Positions 8,946 to 17,469 of a stretch of DNA of 24,674 nucleotides are shown here, piece after piece. The translations under genes were made by a program, and so were the position numbers. Location: positions 1 to 24,674 of the IMG/VR virus record IMGVR_UViG_3300025718_000181, one strand, 5' to 3'. The DNA comes from a virus (Duplodnaviria; Caudoviricetes). Position 1 is the first letter of the stretch, and each line of letters starts with the position of its first letter. A model generated the notes under the pieces. It did no database searches and was not told the origin of the DNA. It saw nothing but the letters and a program-made list of their open reading frames with translations.

Positions 8946-9003
8946 TGATATAATAAAAAGAAAGTTCTCGAACTGAAGGTTAATCTTTCAGTTCTTTTAT
9001 TAT
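8946..9003 (+). promoter_or_regulatory. Extended -10 promoter plus terminator-like leader hairpin upstream of the RNA polymerase gene
   Basis: TG-A-TATAAT at 8946-8954; GAACTGAAGG-TTAAT-CTTTCAGTTC-TTTTATT at 8970-9001 directly before the GGGGGT RBS. Confidence 0.55.
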
Positions 9004-9018
9004 AGGGGGTCAACATAG

Positions 9019-12000
9019 ATGAAGGCCAAACAGATTAAAATATATAGCTTTGGAAGATCATGCATTGAAGATGGGGTAATCACTTCCGGCAACTTGGAGG
9101 ATAATGAAGTAGCATTATCAGAAAGCTTTCTCACAATCGCTCTCGAATGTTACAAAAATATGAAGCTAGAAGATGGACAACTGGTAGATGAAATAATAAA
9201 GGTGTTGCTCCCTAATACAGAGGAAAAGGCAAAAGAAGAATGGGATCAGGGATTAGTTCTTAACGACAAGGTATATTTTGCTTGGTTTGCAACCCCAGGC
9301 GGTATGAAGCAAGAGAAAGCAATGGGTAAGTGCGAAACTTTCTTTATAAGGGAAGACTTTTGCAGTTTCGCTACAGAATTTGAGGATCTAATTTCTTTAG
9401 GTAAATTCAAGGAGATAGAAGATAGCAAAGAAGAGATATGCATAAATAAGGACGTTCTCAGCCGTCTCTCTTTAGGGGTTAGTAGTTGTCATGTGGCGGG
9501 TAATATGCCTGATCTAATTGTTTTACCACAGCCGCTTTATAAAATCATTAAGGATTATAAGACTATAGAAAAGTTCATGGATCAGGTTGAAGATAAAAAA
9601 GGCAAAATGGTAGACCAAGTAGATTATAAATTGGTAGATTATCATTTCGATAAAGATATTGACGTATTTGATGGAGGAGCAATTGCCACTCCAAAAGTGT
9701 TTAATCAGATTCAAAATGAACTTGGATTAGACTATCCTATTGAGTTTGCAATTATCAGAGGCTATGGGATCGGCATAAAAGGCATGATCACCAAGTTCAA
9801 TATCATTAAATACTTGAGTGTTTTCCACAAAGGGGATACCGAATATTGCAAGAAAGTGGATGATAAGTTTTATTTGCTGGACATGTGGCATGAGTGGCAG
9901 CTGGTAACTCAAAACACAATGCTCTTAAATGAGTCGATGGTGAAGCTAGCAAAGTATTATAAACCTGAAAATAGTGAGAACATGGATACTTATCTAACAA
10001 GGGTTGCTAATGTAGACCCTAAATATAAAGACATAATCGGAAAGCTATACGTCACAAAGGTCAATAAAAGAGATGAGGATATTGAGGACTATAGAAGATT
10101 GAATTATCAATTGCTTACGGCCCTGGCATTGAGCAAAAAAGATTATTACGAATTAATCAAAGAGGACGTAAAGGTATTTAGAAAGATCTTAAAACCATTC
10201 TCGAAAGACAGCGAAAAAGATGAATGGCTTATAAATATTGATACCATAAGACTATTCTTTAAAAATATTATAAAAAGCAATGATGATGAGAGCGAGGAGT
10301 TTCAAGAGGAAGCTGTGAATATGGCGGGTAATGTGGTCACAAAATGTGAAGAACTCCTCAATGTATCCGAGGAGTTTATCTACCTGAAATTTGTTAAGAA
10401 TAATTTAGCAAAGCTTATCGAAAAGAAATGCCGCGAACTCGCCTGTGGTAAGGTTACGGAAAAAGCAAGATATCAATATATTGCAGTTGATGCAATTAGC
10501 TATATGAATTTTGCTATGAATCGAGATCAGGGAGAAAATGGACTTAAAGCAGGAGAATTTTATTGCGCCGATTACAATGACGGAGAAATTAGAACTATCT
10601 CAAGGAATCCCCTGTGTGCATATAGTGAAGTCCACAATGTTGGATTTGCTAAAAATGCTTTCCTTGATAACTATTTTAGTCCTTGCCGAGAACTTATATA
10701 TTTTAATAATAAAAGTGATATTTTAGCATTGCTGAGTAGCGCAGATGAAGATGGAGATTCTTGCACCGTCATAGATTCAGATATTATCAGAGCGGCAGTG
10801 GTAACTCCCGAAGACGGTAAGTATTTCATCAATAAAGATGATGGACATAAAGAATTAATGGTTTATAATCCGGAAAATAGATTCCTAGCAACCTATAGAG
10901 CATCGGGGAATCTAATAGGGAAGATTGCTTTAAAGAGTGCCAGTATTAACTCAAATAGTCAGCAAACATATGATTATTACGATATAGCTAATGCCAAATT
11001 CATTCTGAATATGGGCTTGGATGAGGAAGATAAGAAACTAGCCAAAGAAAACATAGATAGTGGTGAATGGATTACAACCTATAAAGCCAGTGAGCAACAT
11101 AGGGAGCATATTAAACAAAGATTCTATGAAAATGAGAAGGACATTTATGTTGTTCTCTATAATGCCATGGTATCCATCGATGCCCCTAAGACATTGTATT
11201 TTCCAAGCCCTGAAGATATGGAAATTATTAATAAGAAGTATGGGAGGAAAGCGAAATTCCTACAGTATAAGGAAAATAAAAGCGAAGTCAACGATAAGCA
11301 TTATGTTTATACGTTTGGGCTGTTAGATAGTATTGCGCGTTTAATTCAAAAGAAACTGTTGAACGAAATCAATGGAATAATCACCAAGTTTGATAATAGA
11401 GCGGAGTTGATACAAGGTAAATTATTAAATGGCGATTATAGTGTCGCTGACTATCCCTTGTGTTTAGAAGAAATCGAAAAGCTCTATAAAGGTTACACGG
11501 AAGAAAGACAAGCAGTCAATAAGGAATGTTATTCGGAAATGAAGAAAGAAACCAAACGTAGGGATTGGGCAATAGAAAATTCGTCTTGGAGTCAATGGGA
11601 AGAAAGCGAATATGATGCATCGATAGCGGCTTTCAAATCTGTGAAGTACAAGCAGTATAAAGAAATTGATGCTAAGTACATTGTGGCTGCGGGTGAGATC
11701 CTCAAGAAATATGATATCGTAACTATTTCAAACGCTATTGGAAATCTCAAGAATTGTACTGAAGATTTCATTATCAATTTATTCTTCCCTGTCTTCAGCT
11801 ACTTGAATGTTAAGCTCCAGAATAGCCGATATGTCTATAATAAAGCGGGAGACGGCGACATTACTTATCTCTATGAAAAATATAAGAAGATACAAGTTGA
11901 AGCCATAGATAATAGTGATATAGTGAAAAACTTACATCTGGAAGAAAAGGTTAGGTTAAAGGTAATCGATGTCAAGGTGGATGTACGAGCCAGGGTCTTG

Positions 12001-12249
12001 GATGACGAAGTTGTGGAATTGATTGAATCAGAATTACAGGATAATGGTCAGGTCGTTTTTGATATAAAGGTATTGGACAATAAAGTGATCTTGGTCAAAG
12101 ATGAAAAGGATATGTTAGAGGTATTCAATGACTTTATACAGATCAAAGAGTATAGCTTGCTGAATTGCAACACTATAAAATTCGAGATATTAGTGAATGT
12201 AGCTCCCAGTGGGAAAAGCTTAAAATTAACGGCAACTGAAATAACTTGA
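9019..12249 (+). CDS. Single-subunit two-barrel RNA polymerase, YonO-like / cellular RdRP-family homologue
   Basis: RdRP-family motifs in the expected order: FDGG (~218), IRG....IKGM (~247-256), SRNP (~528-531), catalytic-loop SADEDGD (DxDGD, residues 576-580, nt 10744-10758), GNLIGKI, IDAPKT. Confidence 0.85.
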   Translation: MKAKQIKIYSFGRSCIEDGVITSGNLEDNEVALSESFLTIALECYKNMKLEDGQLVDEIIKVLLPNTEEKAKEEWDQGLVLNDKVYFAWFATPGGMKQEKAMGKCETFFIREDFCSFATEFEDLISLGKFKEIEDSKEEICINKDVLSRLSLGVSSCHVAGNMPDLIVLPQPLYKIIKDYKTIEKFMDQVEDKKGKMVDQVDYKLVDYHFDKDIDVFDGGAIATPKVFNQIQNELGLDYPIEFAIIRGYGIGIKGMITKFNIIKYLSVFHKGDTEYCKKVDDKFYLLDMWHEWQLVTQNTMLLNESMVKLAKYYKPENSENMDTYLTRVANVDPKYKDIIGKLYVTKVNKRDEDIEDYRRLNYQLLTALALSKKDYYELIKEDVKVFRKILKPFSKDSEKDEWLINIDTIRLFFKNIIKSNDDESEEFQEEAVNMAGNVVTKCEELLNVSEEFIYLKFVKNNLAKLIEKKCRELACGKVTEKARYQYIAVDAISYMNFAMNRDQGENGLKAGEFYCADYNDGEIRTISRNPLCAYSEVHNVGFAKNAFLDNYFSPCRELIYFNNKSDILALLSSADEDGDSCTVIDSDIIRAAVVTPEDGKYFINKDDGHKELMVYNPENRFLATYRASGNLIGKIALKSASINSNSQQTYDYYDIANAKFILNMGLDEEDKKLAKENIDSGEWITTYKASEQHREHIKQRFYENEKDIYVVLYNAMVSIDAPKTLYFPSPEDMEIINKKYGRKAKFLQYKENKSEVNDKHYVYTFGLLDSIARLIQKKLLNEINGIITKFDNRAELIQGKLLNGDYSVADYPLCLEEIEKLYKGYTEERQAVNKECYSEMKKETKRRDWAIENSSWSQWEESEYDASIAAFKSVKYKQYKEIDAKYIVAAGEILKKYDIVTISNAIGNLKNCTEDFIINLFFPVFSYLNVKLQNSRYVYNKAGDGDITYLYEKYKKIQVEAIDNSDIVKNLHLEEKVRLKVIDVKVDVRARVLDDEVVELIESELQDNGQVVFDIKVLDNKVILVKDEKDMLEVFNDFIQIKEYSLLNCNTIKFEILVNVAPSGKSLKLTATEIT

Positions 12250-12281
12250 TCATTAAGTTGGATTTGACTCTACTTGTTCTT

Positions 12282-12304
12282 GTGGGGCTTCCAGCCCCAC
12301 TTTT
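12282..12304 (+). terminator. GC-rich hairpin / probable terminator after the RNAP gene
   Basis: GTGGGGCT-TCC-AGCCCCAC followed by TTTT. Confidence 0.6.
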
Positions 12305-12353
12305 GTGGAATAGTGATAGTGCTATTACTACAATGGAGTAGGAGGTCAGCAAT

Positions 12354-12542
12354 ATGAACCATGATGATACAATGGTTATAACTCAAGAAAGAATGGCAGG
12401 TTGGCTTATGTTTAATAGGTTTCATAAACTAAATGAGAAGCCAGACTTGAAGGATTCAAATAGAAAAATATTTATCTTTAAGGATTCACTAATACTGCGT
12501 GAGACTATGGAGAAATATAACCAATTCAAAGAGTTGGTCTAA
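12354..12542 (+). CDS. Small phage-associated protein, DUF5659-like
   Basis: AGGAGG RBS; pattern VITQERMAGWLM...KPDLKDSNRKIFIFKDS recalls DUF5659; 15 nt upstream of the helicase gene. Confidence 0.7.
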   Translation: MNHDDTMVITQERMAGWLMFNRFHKLNEKPDLKDSNRKIFIFKDSLILRETMEKYNQFKELV

Positions 12543-12557
12543 TACTGGAGGATCATA

Positions 12558-14753
12558 ATGGATGGAGTTCAAAACAAAAAGATTATAATTGAGAGCTTCG
12601 AATACAAACGTGAATATGCCCAAAAGACTACTGCTAACGGAACAACATATCTTGATGGTAATAACTATGAATACTGGTCACGAGACATTGCAGTTTCGTC
12701 TCTAAAGCCTGAACAGATTGTAGACATAAATGATGAGATACAAGCCTTTGCCCAAGAAACTCAAGATAAATTTAGTGGACTATTTGATGCCAGACATAAT
12801 AAAATTTCACAGGGCCAAATAACATTTAGCTATGATGCAACAATGAGTATCCTCGGACAGGTAATAAACCCTGACAAAATTACAATTATTCCTGCAAAGG
12901 CCGGCTTTGGGAAATCAAGTTATATTTACTCCTTCCTGAGTACCCTTTGCAAACATATTCTTAGTGGTGCAGACAGTAAGTTCTCAAAGCAAGGCGTTAT
13001 TATTGTTACTGATAAAATTGAAGCACTAAGACAACTTGAAAAAGATATTTATAAGGATCAAGGCTTTTACAGCAAAGGAAAGCATAATACAAGGTACACT
13101 TATATCCTGGAAGCATGGAATAAAAACTCTGCTAGGGATGGAATCTGTAAAAATCCTGCTATCGAATCCTATGAGTATGGAATGTGCAGTCCAATTGAAT
13201 GCCCATATTTTAATAAATGTAAAATGAGTTACCAAAAACAAAAACAAGTTTTCAGCCCAATTCTGCTTATGACTAATGCCAGACTAAAACAATATCAAGA
13301 TAGAATCGACGAGTACAAAACTTGGATTGATAGTGAAAGAAATGAACACGTAAGAGATATCGTAATCATTGATGAAAAGCCCATTATAATAGATAACTAT
13401 AGGATTGATACGCAATTATTCTCCACTTTAAAAAAGACTGTTGAAGAAACAAAGACAAACGGAACGGATGCCACAATCACCAAGGAGCATCTTCTAAATG
13501 AAATTCATAAAGTGGAAACTGAAGTATTAGAACTCAGAAAAGAAGTAAGCCAATTTAGAAATTGTATTTGCTGTGGGACAAAAGAAGCAGTTTTTACTGA
13601 AGAATTCAGAGGCCGATGGCAGAGTATTATTGGCTTCAAAAATGTAGACTTATTAAATGCAGTAGAAAAGATGTTTATGCAGGGATCATTATGGTGTAAT
13701 ACTGATATTCCATTTTTCAAAACACTTGGAATCAAGAATTTTCATTACGCTGGCTTCAAGACATATATCTTTGATGCTACTGCTGAACTTGACCCTGATT
13801 ATGAAGATGAAAGATTCCAATTTTTAAATATTGAGGATTATAAGAACTATGAGAATATTACTTTTCATATCTTCAAGGCAAAAGAAATGAACATGAGCCG
13901 AATTGCTCTCAATATTAAAAAGAATGCTTGGAAAAACTTAGCGGTCGCTGAATGGATCAATAATAAATTTACTGATAAAACCTATGTGGTAACTTATAAG
14001 GCAAATGCAAAGTTTATTTCACAGAACTTGAAGAATCTGGGTACTCTCATATTCCTTGACAAAGGTGAAGAGAAAATTGTGATTCCTCATTTTGGGGACA
14101 CCAGGGGGAGTAATGAATTCAAGGATGCAAAGAGCATGGTTCAAATCGGATGGAACAGATCTCCATCCGATGAGTACCTAGCCCAGTGTCTAAGCAGAAA
14201 CACTACATTTGAAAAATTAATGGAGTACAAGGAAGATAAAGCTGAAAGAACTGCAAAACTATTTGAGAATGTAAATGGTCGATTTACACAATATGATGAA
14301 GTCAATATTTACATGTGGCGTAAAATGGCGGTAGAATTTGAACAGGAAGTATTCAGAACATGTGTAAGGGATTTTTCTGCAGATGAGCCTGTTGATATTT
14401 ACATATTTAAGCCAGATGGTAAAGTTATCGAACTTATACAACAACGATTCAAGAAATGCAGGGTACTGAGCGATTATAATGTTCCAGAAGAATTTCAACA
14501 GGAAAAAATACTGGGAAGGCAGACTCCAGATGGTAATGATAATAAAATACAGGCATATGTAAAATGGCTTAAGAATGAATGGGATGGTGGTTCAATCAGC
14601 CTAAAAGAGATTAAGAGCAAGTTTGAGATAAGCGATAAATATTGGGAGAAACTTATAAGAAATCAAGTGGTAACTGATATCAGGTCAAAACGCAATATTA
14701 AAATAAAAAGAGAAGGTAAGGGTAGTAATCAGGCTTATTATTGGTATATCTAA
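12558..14753 (+). CDS. SF2-like (DEAD/DEAH-related) helicase / putative replication protein with a Cys cluster
   Basis: Walker A PAKAGFGKSS, Walker B VIIDEKP, motif III-like FDATA, HFGDTRGSNEF, motif VI-like EQEVFRTCVR; C-x12-C-x4-C-x5-C between Walker A and B; basic HTH-like C-terminus. Confidence 0.75.
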   Translation: MDGVQNKKIIIESFEYKREYAQKTTANGTTYLDGNNYEYWSRDIAVSSLKPEQIVDINDEIQAFAQETQDKFSGLFDARHNKISQGQITFSYDATMSILGQVINPDKITIIPAKAGFGKSSYIYSFLSTLCKHILSGADSKFSKQGVIIVTDKIEALRQLEKDIYKDQGFYSKGKHNTRYTYILEAWNKNSARDGICKNPAIESYEYGMCSPIECPYFNKCKMSYQKQKQVFSPILLMTNARLKQYQDRIDEYKTWIDSERNEHVRDIVIIDEKPIIIDNYRIDTQLFSTLKKTVEETKTNGTDATITKEHLLNEIHKVETEVLELRKEVSQFRNCICCGTKEAVFTEEFRGRWQSIIGFKNVDLLNAVEKMFMQGSLWCNTDIPFFKTLGIKNFHYAGFKTYIFDATAELDPDYEDERFQFLNIEDYKNYENITFHIFKAKEMNMSRIALNIKKNAWKNLAVAEWINNKFTDKTYVVTYKANAKFISQNLKNLGTLIFLDKGEEKIVIPHFGDTRGSNEFKDAKSMVQIGWNRSPSDEYLAQCLSRNTTFEKLMEYKEDKAERTAKLFENVNGRFTQYDEVNIYMWRKMAVEFEQEVFRTCVRDFSADEPVDIYIFKPDGKVIELIQQRFKKCRVLSDYNVPEEFQQEKILGRQTPDGNDNKIQAYVKWLKNEWDGGSISLKEIKSKFEISDKYWEKLIRNQVVTDIRSKRNIKIKREGKGSNQAYYWYI

Positions 14754-14873
14754 TTGGTTTGTGTTTATGGGATACCCCATAATCCTTATATATATTAGTA
14801 GAGAATAGTAGGGAGCACAAGAATATATTACCAAATTTACAGTAATGCTACGAATTACAAAGGGGTGATTTAA

Positions 14874-15383
14874 TTGAAAAGGGCAGTAATTTTATTTCCA
14901 AAGTTTAATAACATCGATACTATTAATAATGTAAGAGGTAAGTATGACCCACTTGCAAATTACATTGCACCTCATATTACAATTATTTTTCCATTTGAAA
15001 GTGATTTGACAACGTATGAATTAAAAGAGCATTTCAATAAGTCATTGAAAGGCATAAAAAAATTTAACATCATGCTTAATAACATTACAGGTGATTATAG
15101 AGATGGATATTTATTTCTTAATGTAAAGAAGGGGAATGATAATATTATTGAATTGCATGATAAGTTATATAGTGGATTATTAGAAAAGTTTATATTTAGA
15201 AAGGTAACATATTGTCCTCATTTAACTGTTGGCAGGATGTTTGACCAGAAGGATTTTGATGGTGCAGTTGATGAATTAAGTTTCCATAATGAAATTTATG
15301 AAACAGTAATTGATAAAGTATTTGTAGAAAATATTGATTTGGATGAAAATTCAATAATTGAGTTTTCATTTGATTTAGAATAA
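14874..15383 (+). CDS. 2H phosphoesterase (2'-5' RNA ligase / YjcG-like family)
   Basis: Two HxT motifs (PHITI, PHLTV) and RGKYDP; AAGGGGTG RBS, TTG start; markedly AT-rich. Confidence 0.9.
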   Translation: MKRAVILFPKFNNIDTINNVRGKYDPLANYIAPHITIIFPFESDLTTYELKEHFNKSLKGIKKFNIMLNNITGDYRDGYLFLNVKKGNDNIIELHDKLYSGLLEKFIFRKVTYCPHLTVGRMFDQKDFDGAVDELSFHNEIYETVIDKVFVENIDLDENSIIEFSFDLE

Positions 15384-15444
15384 ATTTTATAATATTTATA
15401 AATTCTCTAAGTCCTAATAGAATTTATTCTTCATTATTAAATCT

Positions 15445-15473
15445 AAAAAACACCTATTTTTAGGTGTTTTTTT
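15445..15473. terminator. Bidirectional intrinsic terminator
   Basis: AAAAAACACCTA-TTTT-TAGGTGTTTTTTT. Confidence 0.8.
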
Positions 15474-15522
15474 AATGTTAAAATTTTACTCACAATATTT
15501 ACGAAAAGAGCCTAAATTATTT

Positions 15523-15553
15523 AACAGGAGTGTTTATACGCTCCTGTTTTTTT
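15523..15553 (+). terminator. Second terminator-like hairpin just upstream of the methyltransferase RBS
   Basis: AACAGGAGTGT-TTAT-ACGCTCCTGTT followed by a T-run. Confidence 0.7.
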
Positions 15554-15585
15554 ATGCCATAAATCAAATTTGAAAGGAGACTACT

Positions 15586-16827
15586 ATGGAATTCAAAAAA
15601 ATAAACATCTTAGCCTTAAAACATGCTGAGTATAATCCCAGAAAAGATTTAAAGCCTGGGGATAAAGAATTTGAGAAAATCAAGAACAGTATTAATGAAT
15701 TCGGCTACTGTGATCCTATTATTTTGAATGCTGATCTAACAATTGTTGGAGGCCATCAGAGAGCAAAGGTATTAAAAGAGTTAGGCTACACTGAAATTGA
15801 CTGCGTTATTATTGATATTGATAAAACAAAAGAGAAAGCGCTTAATGTTGCTCTAAATAAAATCTCAGGAGAATGGGACTTTGAATCATTAGCAAAGTTA
15901 CTGGATGACCTGAAAACAGAGGATTATGATATTGAACTGAGTGGCTTTGATATGAAGGAAGCTGAAAAGCTATGGGATGAATACATGCCAAAGGATGTGC
16001 AGGATGAAGAAGAACTTCCTGATGTGCCAGAGGTGCCGGTTATTCAACCAGGAGATATCATTCTGTTGGGTAAGCACAGGCTGATATGTGGTGATGCTAC
16101 TAAGGTAGAAGATCTGGAGAAATTGATGGATGGGAAGAAGGCAAAACTTACTGTACTTGATCCTCCCTATGGAATTTCATATGTTGGGAAGACGGATGAT
16201 GCTTTGACAATTCAAAATGATAATTTGAGTGATGAAGAATTCTATAATTTCCTTCTTGAAGCTTTCAAGAGAATTTATGAAATATCTGCTGATGGAGCCA
16301 GTAGTTATATATTTCATGCTGATGCTAAAGGTTTGATATTCAGGAAAGCATTTGTTGATTCAGGCTTCAAACATTCACAATGCTGTATTTGGGTTAAAAA
16401 TACCTTTGTCATGGGAAGGCAGCCCTACCAGTGGCAGCATGAACCAGCTTTATTCGGATGGAAACCTACAGGAGCACATTATTGGAATGGTGACAGAAAG
16501 CAGACTACAATATGGAACTTTGATAGACCAAGAGTTAATGATGTTCATCCTACAATGAAACCTATTCCGCTTATCGAATATATCATCAAGAACTCCAGCA
16601 AGTATGGTGATATTGTTGTGGACACTTTCCTTGGCAGTGGGACAACTTTACTAGCATCAGACAATACAGATAGAATTTGCTATGGCTCAGAGCTTGACCC
16701 AAAATACTGCCAGGTTATCATTGAACGCTGGATTAATTATAAGGATGGAATCAATGGTGATGATGTAATAATTGAAAGAAATGGACAGCAATATAAATAT
16801 TCAAATTTAAAGGTTGAGCAGGAATAG
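15586..16827 (+). CDS. Phage ParB-N-domain DNA methyltransferase (N4-C/N6-A, beta class)
   Basis: ParB/Srx-like YNPRK...IVGGHQR; catalytic DPPY, HPTMKP and SAM-binding DTFLGSGTT; AAAGGAG RBS. Confidence 0.92.
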   Translation: MEFKKINILALKHAEYNPRKDLKPGDKEFEKIKNSINEFGYCDPIILNADLTIVGGHQRAKVLKELGYTEIDCVIIDIDKTKEKALNVALNKISGEWDFESLAKLLDDLKTEDYDIELSGFDMKEAEKLWDEYMPKDVQDEEELPDVPEVPVIQPGDIILLGKHRLICGDATKVEDLEKLMDGKKAKLTVLDPPYGISYVGKTDDALTIQNDNLSDEEFYNFLLEAFKRIYEISADGASSYIFHADAKGLIFRKAFVDSGFKHSQCCIWVKNTFVMGRQPYQWQHEPALFGWKPTGAHYWNGDRKQTTIWNFDRPRVNDVHPTMKPIPLIEYIIKNSSKYGDIVVDTFLGSGTTLLASDNTDRICYGSELDPKYCQVIIERWINYKDGINGDDVIIERNGQQYKYSNLKVEQE

Positions 16828-16899
16828 TTTCTGATACCTATTCCAAGTGTAATAATGCTATAATCGCAATAGATCAAATTATAATTGGGGGTCATTTCT

Positions 16900-17193
16900 T
16901 TGGATTATAATCAAATTAAGAAGATGTTGCTATCATTTGGGCTGGTAGAACACTCTAATTCTGAGGGAACTCATTTTACATTTCATAAAGTAAAGAAGCA
17001 TAAGATTATTTTTGAAAGGCTAAGACCATTGGATGATGGTGGGGCTGGAGGATATTTATATGCTGTGGTGCTGGATGAATATAAAAGTAGATGTAGCAGA
17101 AATGGGCATATAAGCGTGAGCAAATTAAGAAATGAGATTGAATTAAACGGACTTGTAGAGCGAGTAATTAAGCACTTTGATTCGATTTATTAA
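16900..17193 (+). CDS. Hypothetical protein (cargo)
   Basis: TG-C-TATAAT extended -10 at 16856-16864; GGGGGT RBS favours TTG at 16900 over 16885; no recognised motif. Confidence 0.6.
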   Translation: MDYNQIKKMLLSFGLVEHSNSEGTHFTFHKVKKHKIIFERLRPLDDGGAGGYLYAVVLDEYKSRCSRNGHISVSKLRNEIELNGLVERVIKHFDSIY

Positions 17194-17279
17194 ACAATGA
17201 TATTTGGTAGGGAACCTTTATTTCTATTGATTTAGTGATTGGCGAAAAGGCTGTTGTATAGTAGAAGCATATTGCCCGT

Positions 17280-17319
17280 ATATCGCTTCACGTTGGCTTG
17301 TGAGGCGATATCTTTTATT
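17280..17319 (+). terminator. Intrinsic terminator
   Basis: ATATCGCTTCAC-GTTGGCTT-GTGAGGCGATAT followed by CTTTTATT. Confidence 0.7.
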
Positions 17320-17417
17320 GGTGGGGTAAATTGCTCAATTGAATTGCAATGTCTGGCGTATAGGCAAGTTTGGATTGTTGAAGTATGGGTTGTAAGCTTA
17401 TGGGCTTCAGAATCTTG

Positions 17418-17446
17418 TTGTTCATTTCCTTATGCTGGTATAAAAT
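17418..17446 (+). promoter_or_regulatory. Putative sigma-A promoter for the AlbA_2 gene
   Basis: TTGTTC-17 nt-TAAAAT. Confidence 0.45.
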
Positions 17447-17469
17447 ATTGGTTAGGGGGATGGACGATT

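Noticed and set aside
8960-8994. LexA (GAAC-N4-GTTC) box upstream of the RNAP gene
   Set aside because: GAAC and GTTC are present but in the wrong order or spacing (GTTC-TC-GAAC; GAAC-N17-GTTC).
9019-12249. Reading the polymerase as an RNA-virus RdRP or reverse transcriptase
   Set aside because: It shows DxDGD two-barrel motifs rather than palm-domain GDD/YxDD motif sets, and sits among dsDNA phage packaging genes.
15586-16827. ParB-MTase as part of a Type II RM or partition system
   Set aside because: No cognate endonuclease or ParA recognised; ParB-fused orphan MTases near terminase genes are common in Bacillota phages.
17239-17469. N-terminal extension of the AlbA_2 ORF from TTG 17239
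   Set aside because: It spans a terminator and a promoter, has no RBS and an atypical composition; ATG 17470 fits better.
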